A DNA stretch of 64,000 nucleotides from Leptonemataceae bacterium (GCA_965227295.1 OZ245742.1:1056001-1120000); one strand, 5' to 3'; positions 39,398 to 48,941 are shown, numbered from the stretch's first letter. Notes: a model not told the origin generated them from the letters alone. Program-made: numbers and translations.

Positions 39398-42250
39398 TTA
39401 GACGATTACGCCCTTCATCAGTTCCAACGTGCTCTTGCGACGGCGTTCGTTCCGCTCGTCCTCTGTTTCGATCTTGATCTCCACGTCCGGCTTCACTTTA
39501 AACAACGGCTCGCCTTTTTTCACAACGACGCCGTCCTGGCCGCCCAGCAGCACTTCTTCCACCGTGCCCGAAAACTCCGCGTGTACTTTGTTGAACATCT
39601 TCATCACTTCAATGATGTAGATGGGATCCCCGGCTTCGAAGTGAGTGCCAACTTCAAGATACGGCGGAGACGCCGGTGATTCCCTGGCGTAGAACATGCC
39701 ACCGGAAACAGCCACCAGGGTGTCCGCCGAGGCCGCCGGCGGCGGTGCCAGATAACGAAGATAGTCTTCCTGTTTGTCCGCGTCGAGAAACTGCGATGGA
39801 ATGGTCGGCTCCAGGCTATCGCTCACTCCAAAGCCCAGAAGACCGGAACGTTCGCCCATCATGACAAGGAGGTCGAGCACCGTCATGCCGCTCTGCCAGC
39901 CCCGATGAGCGGCCGCGCACTTGCGGAACATATCGTCGTCGAGGTTGTTGAACCCCTGGACGCCGGCGAAGCCGTTGCTGTCGCCGAGCAATCTGCGATT
40001 GAAGTCGTCGTACACCTGCGAGGCGTTTTCACCGGCAATGTGCAGGGAGATTTCGTACTCCTTTTCGGTGTCCACGCCGAGATGACTCTCCAGATCCTTG
40101 TAGAACGTCAGGCCCTTCTGCAACAATTCGTTGTCGTCCGGCCAGATGCGTTGCGCCGGCGCGGCGTCCTCGCGTTCTTCCAGGTGACAGAAATGATAAA
40201 GATCGTTTAAGATTCGCAGGGGATTGCGTTTCCAGTGCACACGCCCGCCCTGGATTTCGAAGGCCCGGCGATGATTGCGCACCAGCCAGCCCGCGAGTAC
40301 GTGAGGGTGCTCGAAGAGCAGGTCGATGGGCCGGGAGAGCAGCGTACGTTTGATGCCCAGGGTCTCGACGCCGGCCGGTCCGTACTGCGAAAGGATCTGC
40401 TTTTGAATCTCCGACCACGCGGTATCGAAATCGAAGGACTCCAGTTCTTTGGCGAGGCTGCCCACGGCGGCCAGGTACGGAACGACGAACTTCGTGTCCG
40501 GCTTCAGCATGGGATGGAGGCCCAGGCAGAAGTTCAAGATGCCGTAGTGAAAGTACAGGTTTGTGTTAACCTCGGGCCCGCGGATCTCCATGCGCCGCAG
40601 GATGTCCGAGAGACGATCGAGGTTCTGGCGGCGCCCCTTACCGTGGCTCACAACCAGAGCGACGTTGGAGTCGTACGCGCCCGCCAGGTGGTACTTGATG
40701 AACCAACCGGTATCGGGATTACGAAAGCCGATGCCCTGATCGTCTCGAAGTTCGTTGTCCACCGGCGCGGTCCAGGATTCGATCACACCGCCCGCGTGCG
40801 GCTGCAGTGCGTCGTTCGTAGCGTTCAAGCGCACTTCACCGCCGGCACGATAGCGCGGGGTACGCTCCGGTTTCGGCAGTCGCGTACCGTGGGCCGCAAC
40901 CAGCGCCATGGCTTCAACGAGGGACTCCACGACGAACGAATCGCCGGGATCGGAAGGGTTCGAAAACTTCAGGGAGTACACCATCTCGGTGACGCGGTGC
41001 TCCACCTGGATGCGGGTGTTCATCTCCATGAAATAAAAGTCCTGATCGGAGACGATGCATTCGAACGTGGAAGCGGAGTTTAGCTTCACAGCCGTGCCGA
41101 AGCGCTCCGCCTGTTCTTCCATGCGCTTTAAGGTACGCAGATCACCCTTCAGGACTTCGGCGAACTTGACGTGGCCTTCTTTCGTGGCCTGGGCGATTTC
41201 GTACTCGTAGAGTTCTTCGGTTATCGAAAGCTCCACGAGCTTCTGCTCGTGCATTTGCAACGAACAGTCCCGGCCGCCGAGGGCGATGGCCCACTCGCCG
41301 TTGCCGAGCATCTGGATCTCGTTGTGCCGGGTGCCTTCAATGTTCAGCTCAATGAGAAAGTTCTTGTTGTCCGCATCGCCGGTGGCCTTGGACTCGGAGA
41401 GCACTTCACTGACGGCGTTCTTGACTTCCTCGGTTTTCGTTACGATGCGCTGGCCCTTGCCGCCGCCGCCGCCGATGTACTTCAATCGCAGACGTTTGCC
41501 GGGGTTATCCTTAAACAACTGCTCGCACTGCGCCGTCGCTTCCGCCTGTAAATCTTCCACACTCACAAGGCCGATGCCTTTTGCATAACCCGCCTGAAGG
41601 ACAGCCTCGGCGTATTCCTCGGGGTCGGTGGACGTGGATTCCACACTGAGACCGTGTTCACCGGCCAGGTTCTTCAGAGAATCCAGGTCGCCGCCGGCCT
41701 TTTGCAAGAGCGTGACGGCTGTGATGTTATCGAGACCGGGCGTAACCGAAACACCGGCTTCCCGGGCGATGACCTTCGCCATGTCTTTCGCGCCGGCCTG
41801 GAAGTGTACGTTGCTCGCCGGGCCGATGAACCCCAGCCCCGCATCTTCGATGGCGTGCACGAAACCGCCGTCCTCGGACATGAAGCCGTAGCCGGCAAAG
41901 ATGTGCGTGTACTTATGCTTGCGTGCAATATTTACAATTTCACGGATGCGCTGCTGTTTCTCTTCGTGGCCGACGCCCATGTAATCCGGAACGCGATGCA
42001 CGCGGTCCGGCCGCATGACCCGCAACTCCGGAGCGAGGGTGTACGGATAGGCCACGGAATCCTTTTCCGAGAGCAGGATGCCATAGTCCGCGCCCAGCGA
42101 GCGGAAGACATCCATGGCTTCCATGCGAATGGGGCCGCGACAGACGATGAGGATTTTTAAATGCGCGCAGGAGAAGCCTGCAACCCAGGGACTGCTGGAC
42201 TCGCGATAACGGTCCCGGTTTTTTTTCTGCGTCAGAGTGTCGGCGGTCAA
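39398..42250 (-). CDS. Fused biotin carboxylase and biotin carboxyl carrier protein (acyl-CoA carboxylase subunit)
   Basis: AGYGFMSE, GGGGKG, RDCSLQ, FMEMNTRIQVEHRVTE, YDS; C-terminal EVMKM biotinylation motif; TTG start. Confidence 0.92.
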   Translation of the reverse strand: MTADTLTQKKNRDRYRESSSPWVAGFSCAHLKILIVCRGPIRMEAMDVFRSLGADYGILLSEKDSVAYPYTLAPELRVMRPDRVHRVPDYMGVGHEEKQQRIREIVNIARKHKYTHIFAGYGFMSEDGGFVHAIEDAGLGFIGPASNVHFQAGAKDMAKVIAREAGVSVTPGLDNITAVTLLQKAGGDLDSLKNLAGEHGLSVESTSTDPEEYAEAVLQAGYAKGIGLVSVEDLQAEATAQCEQLFKDNPGKRLRLKYIGGGGGKGQRIVTKTEEVKNAVSEVLSESKATGDADNKNFLIELNIEGTRHNEIQMLGNGEWAIALGGRDCSLQMHEQKLVELSITEELYEYEIAQATKEGHVKFAEVLKGDLRTLKRMEEQAERFGTAVKLNSASTFECIVSDQDFYFMEMNTRIQVEHRVTEMVYSLKFSNPSDPGDSFVVESLVEAMALVAAHGTRLPKPERTPRYRAGGEVRLNATNDALQPHAGGVIESWTAPVDNELRDDQGIGFRNPDTGWFIKYHLAGAYDSNVALVVSHGKGRRQNLDRLSDILRRMEIRGPEVNTNLYFHYGILNFCLGLHPMLKPDTKFVVPYLAAVGSLAKELESFDFDTAWSEIQKQILSQYGPAGVETLGIKRTLLSRPIDLLFEHPHVLAGWLVRNHRRAFEIQGGRVHWKRNPLRILNDLYHFCHLEEREDAAPAQRIWPDDNELLQKGLTFYKDLESHLGVDTEKEYEISLHIAGENASQVYDDFNRRLLGDSNGFAGVQGFNNLDDDMFRKCAAAHRGWQSGMTVLDLLVMMGERSGLLGFGVSDSLEPTIPSQFLDADKQEDYLRYLAPPPAASADTLVAVSGGMFYARESPASPPYLEVGTHFEAGDPIYIIEVMKMFNKVHAEFSGTVEEVLLGGQDGVVVKKGEPLFKVKPDVEIKIETEDERNERRRKSTLELMKGVIV

Positions 42251-42310
42251 AATGATATCCCGTTCGTTTCAGTGATAATGTAGGAGTTTTAGAGGAAAGG
42301 GCGGTGTCAA

Positions 42311-43702
42311 TTGATATTGCCTTGCCTGCCCGACTCCGACGCCGAGTCTGCCCGCGTGGTGGCTTCTGCCGATCCGGCCGATCGTTTCTACACGCGCTTC
42401 TTTCGAATTACGGGGCTGAACATCCTGTCCAACATCGTCGTGCCCCTGGCGAGCCTGGTGGACACCGCCATGCTCGGCCATCTGGAAGATGTTCGCTATC
42501 TCTCCGGCGCGGCCCTCGCAGGCATCCTCTTTAATTATGTCTACTGGACCTTCGGATTTCTTCGGATGTCCACGACGGGTGAGACGGCTCAGGCCGTCGG
42601 CCGCGGAGACCGCACGGGAGAGTACGGAGTTCTGTATCGTGGCGGCATTACGGCCGCCGGCATCGCGCTGGTAATCGTCCTGTTGCAGGGGCCCATCGCG
42701 GACGCGGGCTTTTCCCTCCTGGCGGGTGAGGAGGGCGTGAAGGCGGCGGGACGTGAGTATTTTTTCGCGCGTATCCTGGGGGCGCCCGCGGCATTCTTAA
42801 ATTTCGTGTTGTTAGGCTGGTTCCTGGGACGCGAACAATCTCACATCGCTCTGGCGATGACGTTTACGAATAACGTCGCGAACGTCGCCCTGAACTACTG
42901 GTTCATCATGGTACTTGGCTGGGCCGCGTACGGGGCCGGTCTTGCCACGGCCCTGGCCCAGTACGCCATGCTCGTCGTCGGCCTGCTACTCTTCTTCGCG
43001 CAGGGCCGACCGGTATACATTCCGCTCGCGCAGGTCCTGCATCGCGCGCAGTTGTTGCGATTGTTCAGTTTGAACCGGGACATCATGATCCGCACGTTCG
43101 TGTTGATTTCGGCGTTCTCGCTGTTTACAAACTACAGCTCCGTCCTCGGCAAGGCCGTGCTCGCTTCCAACGCCGTGATCTTGAAGTTCATTGAACTGGC
43201 GGCCTATCTCATCGACGGAGCGGCCTTCGCCTCGGAAACCTTCGCCGGCATGTTCCGCGGCGCACGAGATCGGCCCGGCTTTCGAAAACTGGTGCGCGTC
43301 GCGATGGCCAGCGGCCTGGTCTTTGCGGCCGCGTTCTTGATTCCGCTGCTCGCCGTGCCGGAGCTGGTGTTCGGATTTATGACGAACTCCACCGAACTCC
43401 TGGACGCGATGCTCACTGATGCCGTCTGGTGCCTGCCGATCCTGGTCTTCGGCGCGGTGGCCTTCGTCTACGACGGGATTTTCATTGGACTTTCGCAGGG
43501 ACGAGCCCTGCGCAACGCAATGCTGATCAGTTTTTTCGGCGGCTTCCTGCCGCTCGCCTACCTGGGCTTAATGTATCGCGAGAATGACTTACTGTGGTTG
43601 TCGATGGCGGGCTTTATGCTGGTGCGAGCGTTGACGCTGCACGTTGCCATGCGATGGGTGTACCGCGACTTCGACGAAGCGGCGGCACCCCCATCGAACT
43701 AA
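42311..43702 (+). CDS. MATE family efflux transporter (DinF-like)
   Basis: NILSNIVVPLASLVDTAMLGHL, FGFLRMSTTG, about 12 TM; start uncertain. Confidence 0.9.
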   Translation: MILPCLPDSDAESARVVASADPADRFYTRFFRITGLNILSNIVVPLASLVDTAMLGHLEDVRYLSGAALAGILFNYVYWTFGFLRMSTTGETAQAVGRGDRTGEYGVLYRGGITAAGIALVIVLLQGPIADAGFSLLAGEEGVKAAGREYFFARILGAPAAFLNFVLLGWFLGREQSHIALAMTFTNNVANVALNYWFIMVLGWAAYGAGLATALAQYAMLVVGLLLFFAQGRPVYIPLAQVLHRAQLLRLFSLNRDIMIRTFVLISAFSLFTNYSSVLGKAVLASNAVILKFIELAAYLIDGAAFASETFAGMFRGARDRPGFRKLVRVAMASGLVFAAAFLIPLLAVPELVFGFMTNSTELLDAMLTDAVWCLPILVFGAVAFVYDGIFIGLSQGRALRNAMLISFFGGFLPLAYLGLMYRENDLLWLSMAGFMLVRALTLHVAMRWVYRDFDEAAAPPSN

Positions 43703-43709
43703 CAACGGC

Positions 43710-44120
43710 TCAACAGTAAAGGTCGCTATCGCGCAGGAAGGCTTTACACTGATTCGATTCGCAGAACATGTCGTTGCCGCGCAGGTACGCCTTGCAATCG
43801 CCGCTATCACAGTAAAGGTCTGAATCACGCAACATGGCCTTGCAATCCTCGCTCTCGCAATACAGGTCCGAGTTACGCAGGATGGCCTTGCAATCGTTGG
43901 TATCGCAGTAAAGATCACTGCCGCTCAGAATGGCCTTGCAATCACCACTGGTGCAGTACAGGTCTGATCCGTTGATGAAGGCCTTACAGTCACCGGTGGA
44001 CCAGGTGCGATAGCCGATTTGTTTGATCGACGGCTTGAGCGCATACAGCGCGCCGGCAGCAACGCTGATCGCAAAGATGACAGCGATGAGGAGTTTGACG
44101 GGATGTCCGGTTAAGTTCAC
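43710..44120 (-). CDS. Exported Cys-rich tandem-repeat protein (6 x 16 aa)
   Basis: GGAGG SD then GTG 44120; hydrophobic N-terminal segment; repeats xxxDCKAxLxxSDLYC to the stop. Confidence 0.8.
   Translation of the reverse strand: MNLTGHPVKLLIAVIFAISVAAGALYALKPSIKQIGYRTWSTGDCKAFINGSDLYCTSGDCKAILSGSDLYCDTNDCKAILRNSDLYCESEDCKAMLRDSDLYCDSGDCKAYLRGNDMFCESNQCKAFLRDSDLYC
43713..44000 (-). repeat. Six tandem 48-bp coding repeats
   Basis: 288 bp = 6 x 48; recurring ggccttgcaatc on the plus strand. Confidence 0.9.
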
Positions 44121-44145
44121 GAGAACCTCCGCTAGAGTTGGATGG

Positions 44146-44748
44146 CTAAGTCCGAACGATGCCGTCCAACACGTCGATCGTTTTTCGTCGCGCGACAAGC
44201 AGCGGCGTCTCTTCGTTCGCGGTCTGCGCGAAGATCAGCGCGCCCTGCCAGAGCATCAGCAGTTCCCCGGCCGTACTGCGGGCCCGGCGCCGACTGATCC
44301 TCCGCGCGCTCATGCGCAACAGTTCGTCCGCCAGAAAATCTTCCATGGCCGTGAACCAGGCCTGGACCGCCTCGCGCACCGGCGATAGCTGATCCTGACC
44401 GGCCGCCTCCGCCGCGAGCTTACCGAACGGGCAACCCGGAATGCGCCCGCTCTCCGCGCGGTCTTCACGCTGGGCCTGCAACATGAGATCGTAGTAACCG
44501 AGGATGCGTTCGCGCGGCCCGGACTCTCCGAAGAAGGTATCCACCGCGGTGAAAACCCGGTCCGAATTTCTGCGAATAACCGCCACCGCCAGCTCGGCCT
44601 TGTCGCGATGATAATGATACAGCGAGCCCTTATTCACTCCGGCCTCGGCGCAGATTTGATCCACACCCACGGAACCGTAGCCGTGCCGCCAGAAGAGCCG
44701 GCCGGCCGCCTCGAGGAGTTTGTCGCGCGCCTCCGCCCTGCGTCCCAT
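44146..44748 (-). CDS. TetR/AcrR family regulator (NemR/LmrA-like)
   Basis: HTH ARDKLLEAAGRLFWRHGYGSVGVDQICAEAGVNKGSLYHYHRDK; GCPFGKLAAE. Confidence 0.92.
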   Translation of the reverse strand: MGRRAEARDKLLEAAGRLFWRHGYGSVGVDQICAEAGVNKGSLYHYHRDKAELAVAVIRRNSDRVFTAVDTFFGESGPRERILGYYDLMLQAQREDRAESGRIPGCPFGKLAAEAAGQDQLSPVREAVQAWFTAMEDFLADELLRMSARRISRRRARSTAGELLMLWQGALIFAQTANEETPLLVARRKTIDVLDGIVRT

Positions 44749-44788
44749 GCCGCCATTTCCGCACACTCGCAGCACAGGACAATCTTTT

Positions 44789-44856
44789 TTGACAGATTGG
44801 TCAAAAAAGACTTGCACCGAAAGCGGGGTGCCGGCCTTTTTTGACCAATCTGTCAA
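44789..44856. promoter_or_regulatory. Double palindromic operator (TTGAC-N6-GTCAA twice), probable TetR binding sites
   Basis: 44789-44804 TTGACAGATTGGTCAA and 44841-44856 TTGACCAATCTGTCAA; 44789-44809 is the exact reverse complement of 44836-44856. Confidence 0.8.
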
Positions 44857-44870
44857 TTATGAGGTCGTTT

Positions 44871-45860
44871 ATGTTTCCTTTCCCATCCTTCGCCCGCGTC
44901 GCCATTGTCGGCATGGCGCTTGCACTGTTCCCTCAGTGCCTGGACCTGATTCCCATGCTCGCGCCCTCGGTGGACGCGGAGCCGAACCTTTCGGCGGAAT
45001 TCCCGTACGAATCCCGATTCATCACGGTAAAGGGATCGCGCATGCACTACGTCGAGATCGGGGAGGGCGATCCGATCCTCCTGGTGCACGGTAATCCGAC
45101 GTCTTCATATCTGTGGCGGAACGTGATTCCGAAACTGGAGATCAGCGGCCGGGTGATCGCCGTGGATTTGATCGGCATGGGAAAATCCGACAAGCCGGAT
45201 CTCGACTACACCTTCGTCGACCACGCGGAGTACTTCACGGCTTTCGTGGATGCCATGCAATTGAAGGACGTAACCCTGGTGGTCCATGATTGGGGCGGCG
45301 GCCTGGGATTCGACTATGCGGCGAAGCATGCAGACAACGTACGCGGTATCGCGTTTATGGAAGCCGTCGTCCGCCCCATGGACTGGAGCATTGCGAGCCC
45401 GCCGGAGAAATACATCTTCGGCCGCTTCCGCGACCCGGAGGACGGGCATCAGATCAACGCCGTCGATAACTACTTCGTGGAGAAACTGCTACCCATGATG
45501 GCCGGACGCAACCTGAGCAAAACCGAGATGGACCACTACCGCTCGCCGTTTCCCACGGTGGAATCCCGCAAGCCCGTGGCGATGTGGCCCCAGGAACTGC
45601 CGTTCCTCGACGAAAGCAATCGCAACGTGGAACGCATCGGCGGGAACTATAAGAAGATTCAGGAATCCGACATACCGCTGTTGCTGTTACACGGAGAGCC
45701 CGGGGCGATCTTCAAGCCGGAAGTCGTGGAAATCGTGAAGAGCGAAATCCCGCGACTGAAAACGGTCCACGTCGGTGGCGGCATTCACTATCTCCAGGAG
45801 TCACAACCGTCAAAGATCGGCGCGTCCGTCGCCGCCTGGATTAAAGAGGATCTGGACTAA
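44871..45860 (+). CDS. Haloalkane dehalogenase (HLD-II/DhaA-like) with N-terminal signal peptide
   Basis: HGNPTSSYLWRN, DLIGMGKSDKP, nucleophile VHDWGG, FMEA, HYLQE; leader ending ALALFPQC. Confidence 0.9.
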   Translation: MFPFPSFARVAIVGMALALFPQCLDLIPMLAPSVDAEPNLSAEFPYESRFITVKGSRMHYVEIGEGDPILLVHGNPTSSYLWRNVIPKLEISGRVIAVDLIGMGKSDKPDLDYTFVDHAEYFTAFVDAMQLKDVTLVVHDWGGGLGFDYAAKHADNVRGIAFMEAVVRPMDWSIASPPEKYIFGRFRDPEDGHQINAVDNYFVEKLLPMMAGRNLSKTEMDHYRSPFPTVESRKPVAMWPQELPFLDESNRNVERIGGNYKKIQESDIPLLLLHGEPGAIFKPEVVEIVKSEIPRLKTVHVGGGIHYLQESQPSKIGASVAAWIKEDLD

Positions 45861-45877
45861 CCGTCGCGCAAAAAATC

Positions 45878-46411
45878 TTACTGCGTCGGCGCTTTCCGGG
45901 GGACGAGTTTTACGCTTTTGACGATGGCGTCCCCCTGTTCGCGTCGGTCCTGGCGAAATGCTATGTATAGAAAGTGCAGGACCAACTCCCGGCGCACAAT
46001 GCGCACGTAGCGGACGACCTGGTTCTCCCCGACTTTGCCCGCACATTCCGCATCGATGTCAAAGTCGCCGCCGTCCGCGGGCAGCGGCGGCAGGTCGCAG
46101 CCGGGCACGAAGTTCGAGATCACCTGCGGCAGTTCTTTTTCGAATTCAAGGCGGATCCGAAAAGCGGTCTGGGCGATGAAGTAATCGTCGTCGGAGAGGG
46201 CCGTAACCTCGATTGTCGGAAAGTTACCGCGGCGCTCCCGCACCAGGCGGGCCCGGGACGGAACCTTAAAACTCAGGCCGAGTTCCGATTCGGAGACGGT
46301 CGTCCCCGGGGCCAGGAACTCCACATCCGGGACGGTGTCCTCGGATTCCGCGGCGAGGCCGGCGGTAAATAGCAGCAGGGCGGGCAATAGAAAGCTTCGT
46401 CGAATCATCAT
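45878..46411 (-). CDS. Exported hypothetical protein
   Basis: Signal peptide RRSFLLPALLLFTAGLAA; start overlaps the upstream stop. Confidence 0.65.
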   Translation of the reverse strand: MMIRRSFLLPALLLFTAGLAAESEDTVPDVEFLAPGTTVSESELGLSFKVPSRARLVRERRGNFPTIEVTALSDDDYFIAQTAFRIRLEFEKELPQVISNFVPGCDLPPLPADGGDFDIDAECAGKVGENQVVRYVRIVRRELVLHFLYIAFRQDRREQGDAIVKSVKLVPRKAPTQ

Positions 46412-46896
46412 CAGTACAGAATTTGCTCAAACCGGAGCGGGGCTGCGTCTATGTAGTCATACGCCGGGATGGAACTCGCGTTCCCAAAGTACTCGTTAAA
46501 CTTCTCATCGCCCACCGATGTAAAAATGCCGTCCAGCACCAGTCCCGTAAATTTCCCGCGAACGTTGTAGGCCTGGCCTTCGATGAGATCACTCACGCGC
46601 TTCTCCGCGCGCCGATCAAAACGATCTTCGCGGTAGCGGTAGAACACCTGACGGCCTTCCAGGTCGTAGAACGCCAGGTAGTCGCCGCGCTTGCCGGAGT
46701 ATCGCAGTCGCCACGTTTCCGGCGGTGCCGTGTTCTGCGCCAGGTAACGCTCCCGGATTTCTTTCACGCGCGGGTCGGTTTCGCGGATGTCACTCCCTGA
46801 ATAAGGCTGCGGCTCGCTCGCCGACTGGGCCGCGATGCTTAAGTTTAGAATGCCAGGCATTAGCAACAGGAAGGCCAATCGGCACACAGGATTCAC
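46411..46896 (-). CDS. Exported hypothetical protein
   Basis: Signal-like N-terminus; GTGA overlap with the HEAT gene stop. Confidence 0.65.
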   Translation of the reverse strand: MNPVCRLAFLLLMPGILNLSIAAQSASEPQPYSGSDIRETDPRVKEIRERYLAQNTAPPETWRLRYSGKRGDYLAFYDLEGRQVFYRYREDRFDRRAEKRVSDLIEGQAYNVRGKFTGLVLDGIFTSVGDEKFNEYFGNASSIPAYDYIDAAPLRFEQILY

Positions 46897-48053
46897 GGAG
46901 CTTCGCCGCCTTCTGCGGTCTCGCCGTCATCGCTTTCGGCTTCGTCCGAGTCGTCTTCGTTGCCGTCAAGTTTTTTGAGTGCGGTTTCCGCGGCGCTGCG
47001 GGCGCTCCGACTCGCGTCATTTTTCGCGATGTACTCCAGCAGACCGCGAGCTTCTTCCATGCGCGCTTCTCCGAGTTCCACGATAGCACGAATACGCATG
47101 CGCGGGTCATCGTCCCGGGCGGCGGCCATGAGTTCTTTCTTCACGGAGTCGTCGCCGAGACGCACCAACGCGGTCAGCAGTTGCATTTTGAACGCGCTGT
47201 ACCGCGCACGTTCGTTCTTGTTCGCGAGAGCGCGGATGTTGTCGAGTTCTTCGCGCAACGTCTGCGCCGAAGCGGGATTGCCGATTTTGCCGACCGAGTT
47301 CGTGGCATAGGCCCTGGAGATGACCTGCGCACTTTCGTCGCGGACAATTTCCAGCAAATAGTCGTTCATGTTCGCCGTTTTGGCGCGGCCGAAGTAGAGC
47401 AAAATCTCCAGGCGGACCTCGGAGGATGTCGCAGTGTCCTCGGCCTTATCTTTTAAAAAATCTGCGACGGCACCGTGCTCCATGTTGCCGAGCAGACGGA
47501 TGGCCGATGACAGCGCCGGATCGTTTTCGGTGAAGTCGGCTTTTTTAACCAGTTCCGTAAGATGAGGCACCGCCGTTTCGGTGCGGACCTTGTTCAACGC
47601 GTTCACCGCGGAAAGTACGACGCGATCGTTGTCGTCTTTCAGGGCCTCGATGAACGTTTGGGCGGAGCCCTCGTCTTTCAATCCGGCCAGGGTATCGATG
47701 GCGGTCCCGCGGATCGTGTCGTCCAGGTCTTCCCGGGCGAACTTGCGCAGCACTTCGATAAAGGGTCCGCGCTCGTCTTCCTCGAGACGTTCGATCTTAC
47801 GCATGGCGAACTTACGTTCGGAAGAAGCGGCGTACTGGACTTGATTGAGCAGGCCTTCCAGAGCGGCCTTACGTTTTTCGGCTTTCTTCGCGGCGGCTTC
47901 CGCGGACTCCTCGGCGTGCAACACCGGATGATGGCCGGCGGGCAGAATTGGCGCGAGCGTTAACGCGAGCGCGAAGGTACAAAGACCGGCGGCAGACTTA
48001 AGCGTCGGCCTGATCCCGGAGGCGGCGGTTCTCTTCTTCGAGCCGGGCCACAC
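46893..48053 (-). CDS. Exported HEAT-repeat protein
   Basis: Repeated units ([44 protein letters not shown]); signal-like [12 protein letters not shown]; start uncertain, nearest in-frame GTG overlaps the upstream gene. Confidence 0.8.
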   Translation of the reverse strand: MWPGSKKRTAASGIRPTLKSAAGLCTFALALTLAPILPAGHHPVLHAEESAEAAAKKAEKRKAALEGLLNQVQYAASSERKFAMRKIERLEEDERGPFIEVLRKFAREDLDDTIRGTAIDTLAGLKDEGSAQTFIEALKDDNDRVVLSAVNALNKVRTETAVPHLTELVKKADFTENDPALSSAIRLLGNMEHGAVADFLKDKAEDTATSSEVRLEILLYFGRAKTANMNDYLLEIVRDESAQVISRAYATNSVGKIGNPASAQTLREELDNIRALANKNERARYSAFKMQLLTALVRLGDDSVKKELMAAARDDDPRMRIRAIVELGEARMEEARGLLEYIAKNDASRSARSAAETALKKLDGNEDDSDEAESDDGETAEGGEAP

Positions 48054-48492
48054 GGCCTTCCAGATTGTTGAGCAGGCGTTGGTTTTCGATGTTCTCGCGA
48101 AAGCGGGTAATGAGTTCTTCAATGTCTCGCTTGAGCGTGTCCATGTTCCAGGGTTTTTCCACATAACGATTCAACCCTCCGTAGTTGATCGCGTGGATGG
48201 CGTTGTCGAGGCCGGCCTGGCCGGTAAGCAGGATCTTGATTGCGTCGGGGTGATCCTTGTGCAGGGTCTCCAGGAACTGGTCGCCCTTCATGCCGGGCAT
48301 GACCTGATCCGTGATAATCACCTCAATGAGGCCGCCGGAACCTTCGATCTCCTTGATGAGGTCGAGGCCCTCTTCGGCGCTGTTCGCAATCTCGATTTCG
48401 TGACTGTCACCGAAGTGCTCTCGGAGCTGCTCGCGAAGGGTTTCGAGCACCGAGACCTCGTCGTCCACGCAAACGAAGTAGCCTTTCTCCAT
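47998..48492 (-). CDS. Response regulator receiver with coiled-coil tail, no output domain
   Basis: [28 protein letters not shown]. Confidence 0.92.
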   Translation of the reverse strand: MEKGYFVCVDDEVSVLETLREQLREHFGDSHEIEIANSAEEGLDLIKEIEGSGGLIEVIITDQVMPGMKGDQFLETLHKDHPDAIKILLTGQAGLDNAIHAINYGGLNRYVEKPWNMDTLKRDIEELITRFRENIENQRLLNNLEGRVARLEEENRRLRDQADA

Positions 48493-48518
48493 CTATCGAT
48501 CTCCCTGAAATCATCGAC

Positions 48519-48662
48519 CGGCGGGATTTTTTCTTTAGTACGCGCCGCAGCGCGGGGGTTCCCCGGTGGCCTCTGGACCCCTTATTAGATGAATGTAGGT
48601 TCCACCGCAATTCGAACAAGTACTTAATCGTCTCCATCTCGACTGTACGGAAAAATCCGCCG
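48519..48662. ncRNA. Candidate structured RNA/leader upstream of the response regulator operon
   Basis: Closing stem cggcgggattttttc..gtac / gtacggaaaaatccgccg, inner cggtgg-cct/agg-ccaccg, side hairpin cgcgc-cgca-gcgcg. Confidence 0.4.
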
Positions 48663-48710
48663 CCACGGGGCCGGCTTGACGCACCGAGCGGGCAATACAC
48701 GATCTCCGCA

Positions 48711-48941
48711 ATGGCATACAAATACTTAAAGACCCAACAGATCGTCCCGGACAAGGGCATGAGCTTCACGCTCTACGAGATTGAAGGGGAGAACGAAATC
48801 GTGCGCATGCTGACGGCGATTCCTGAGGCGGATACCTACAAAGCATATCCGAAACCGCCGGTGAAAACCCTCTTCGCTCCCGAACGCTGTGACGCGTCCA
48901 CACCGGAAGAATTTGAGGACCTCTGGAATAAGGCGCAGTGA
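48711..48941 (+). CDS. Small hypothetical protein
   Basis: 76-aa ORF with typical codon usage; TTGACG-N16-CACGAT immediately upstream. Confidence 0.7.
   Translation: MAYKYLKTQQIVPDKGMSFTLYEIEGENEIVRMLTAIPEADTYKAYPKPPVKTLFAPERCDASTPEEFEDLWNKAQ

Noticed and set aside
43713..44000. 48-bp periodic repeats as a CRISPR array
   Set aside because: The period is an in-frame multiple of 3 with synonymous variation, there are no unique spacers and no cas genes
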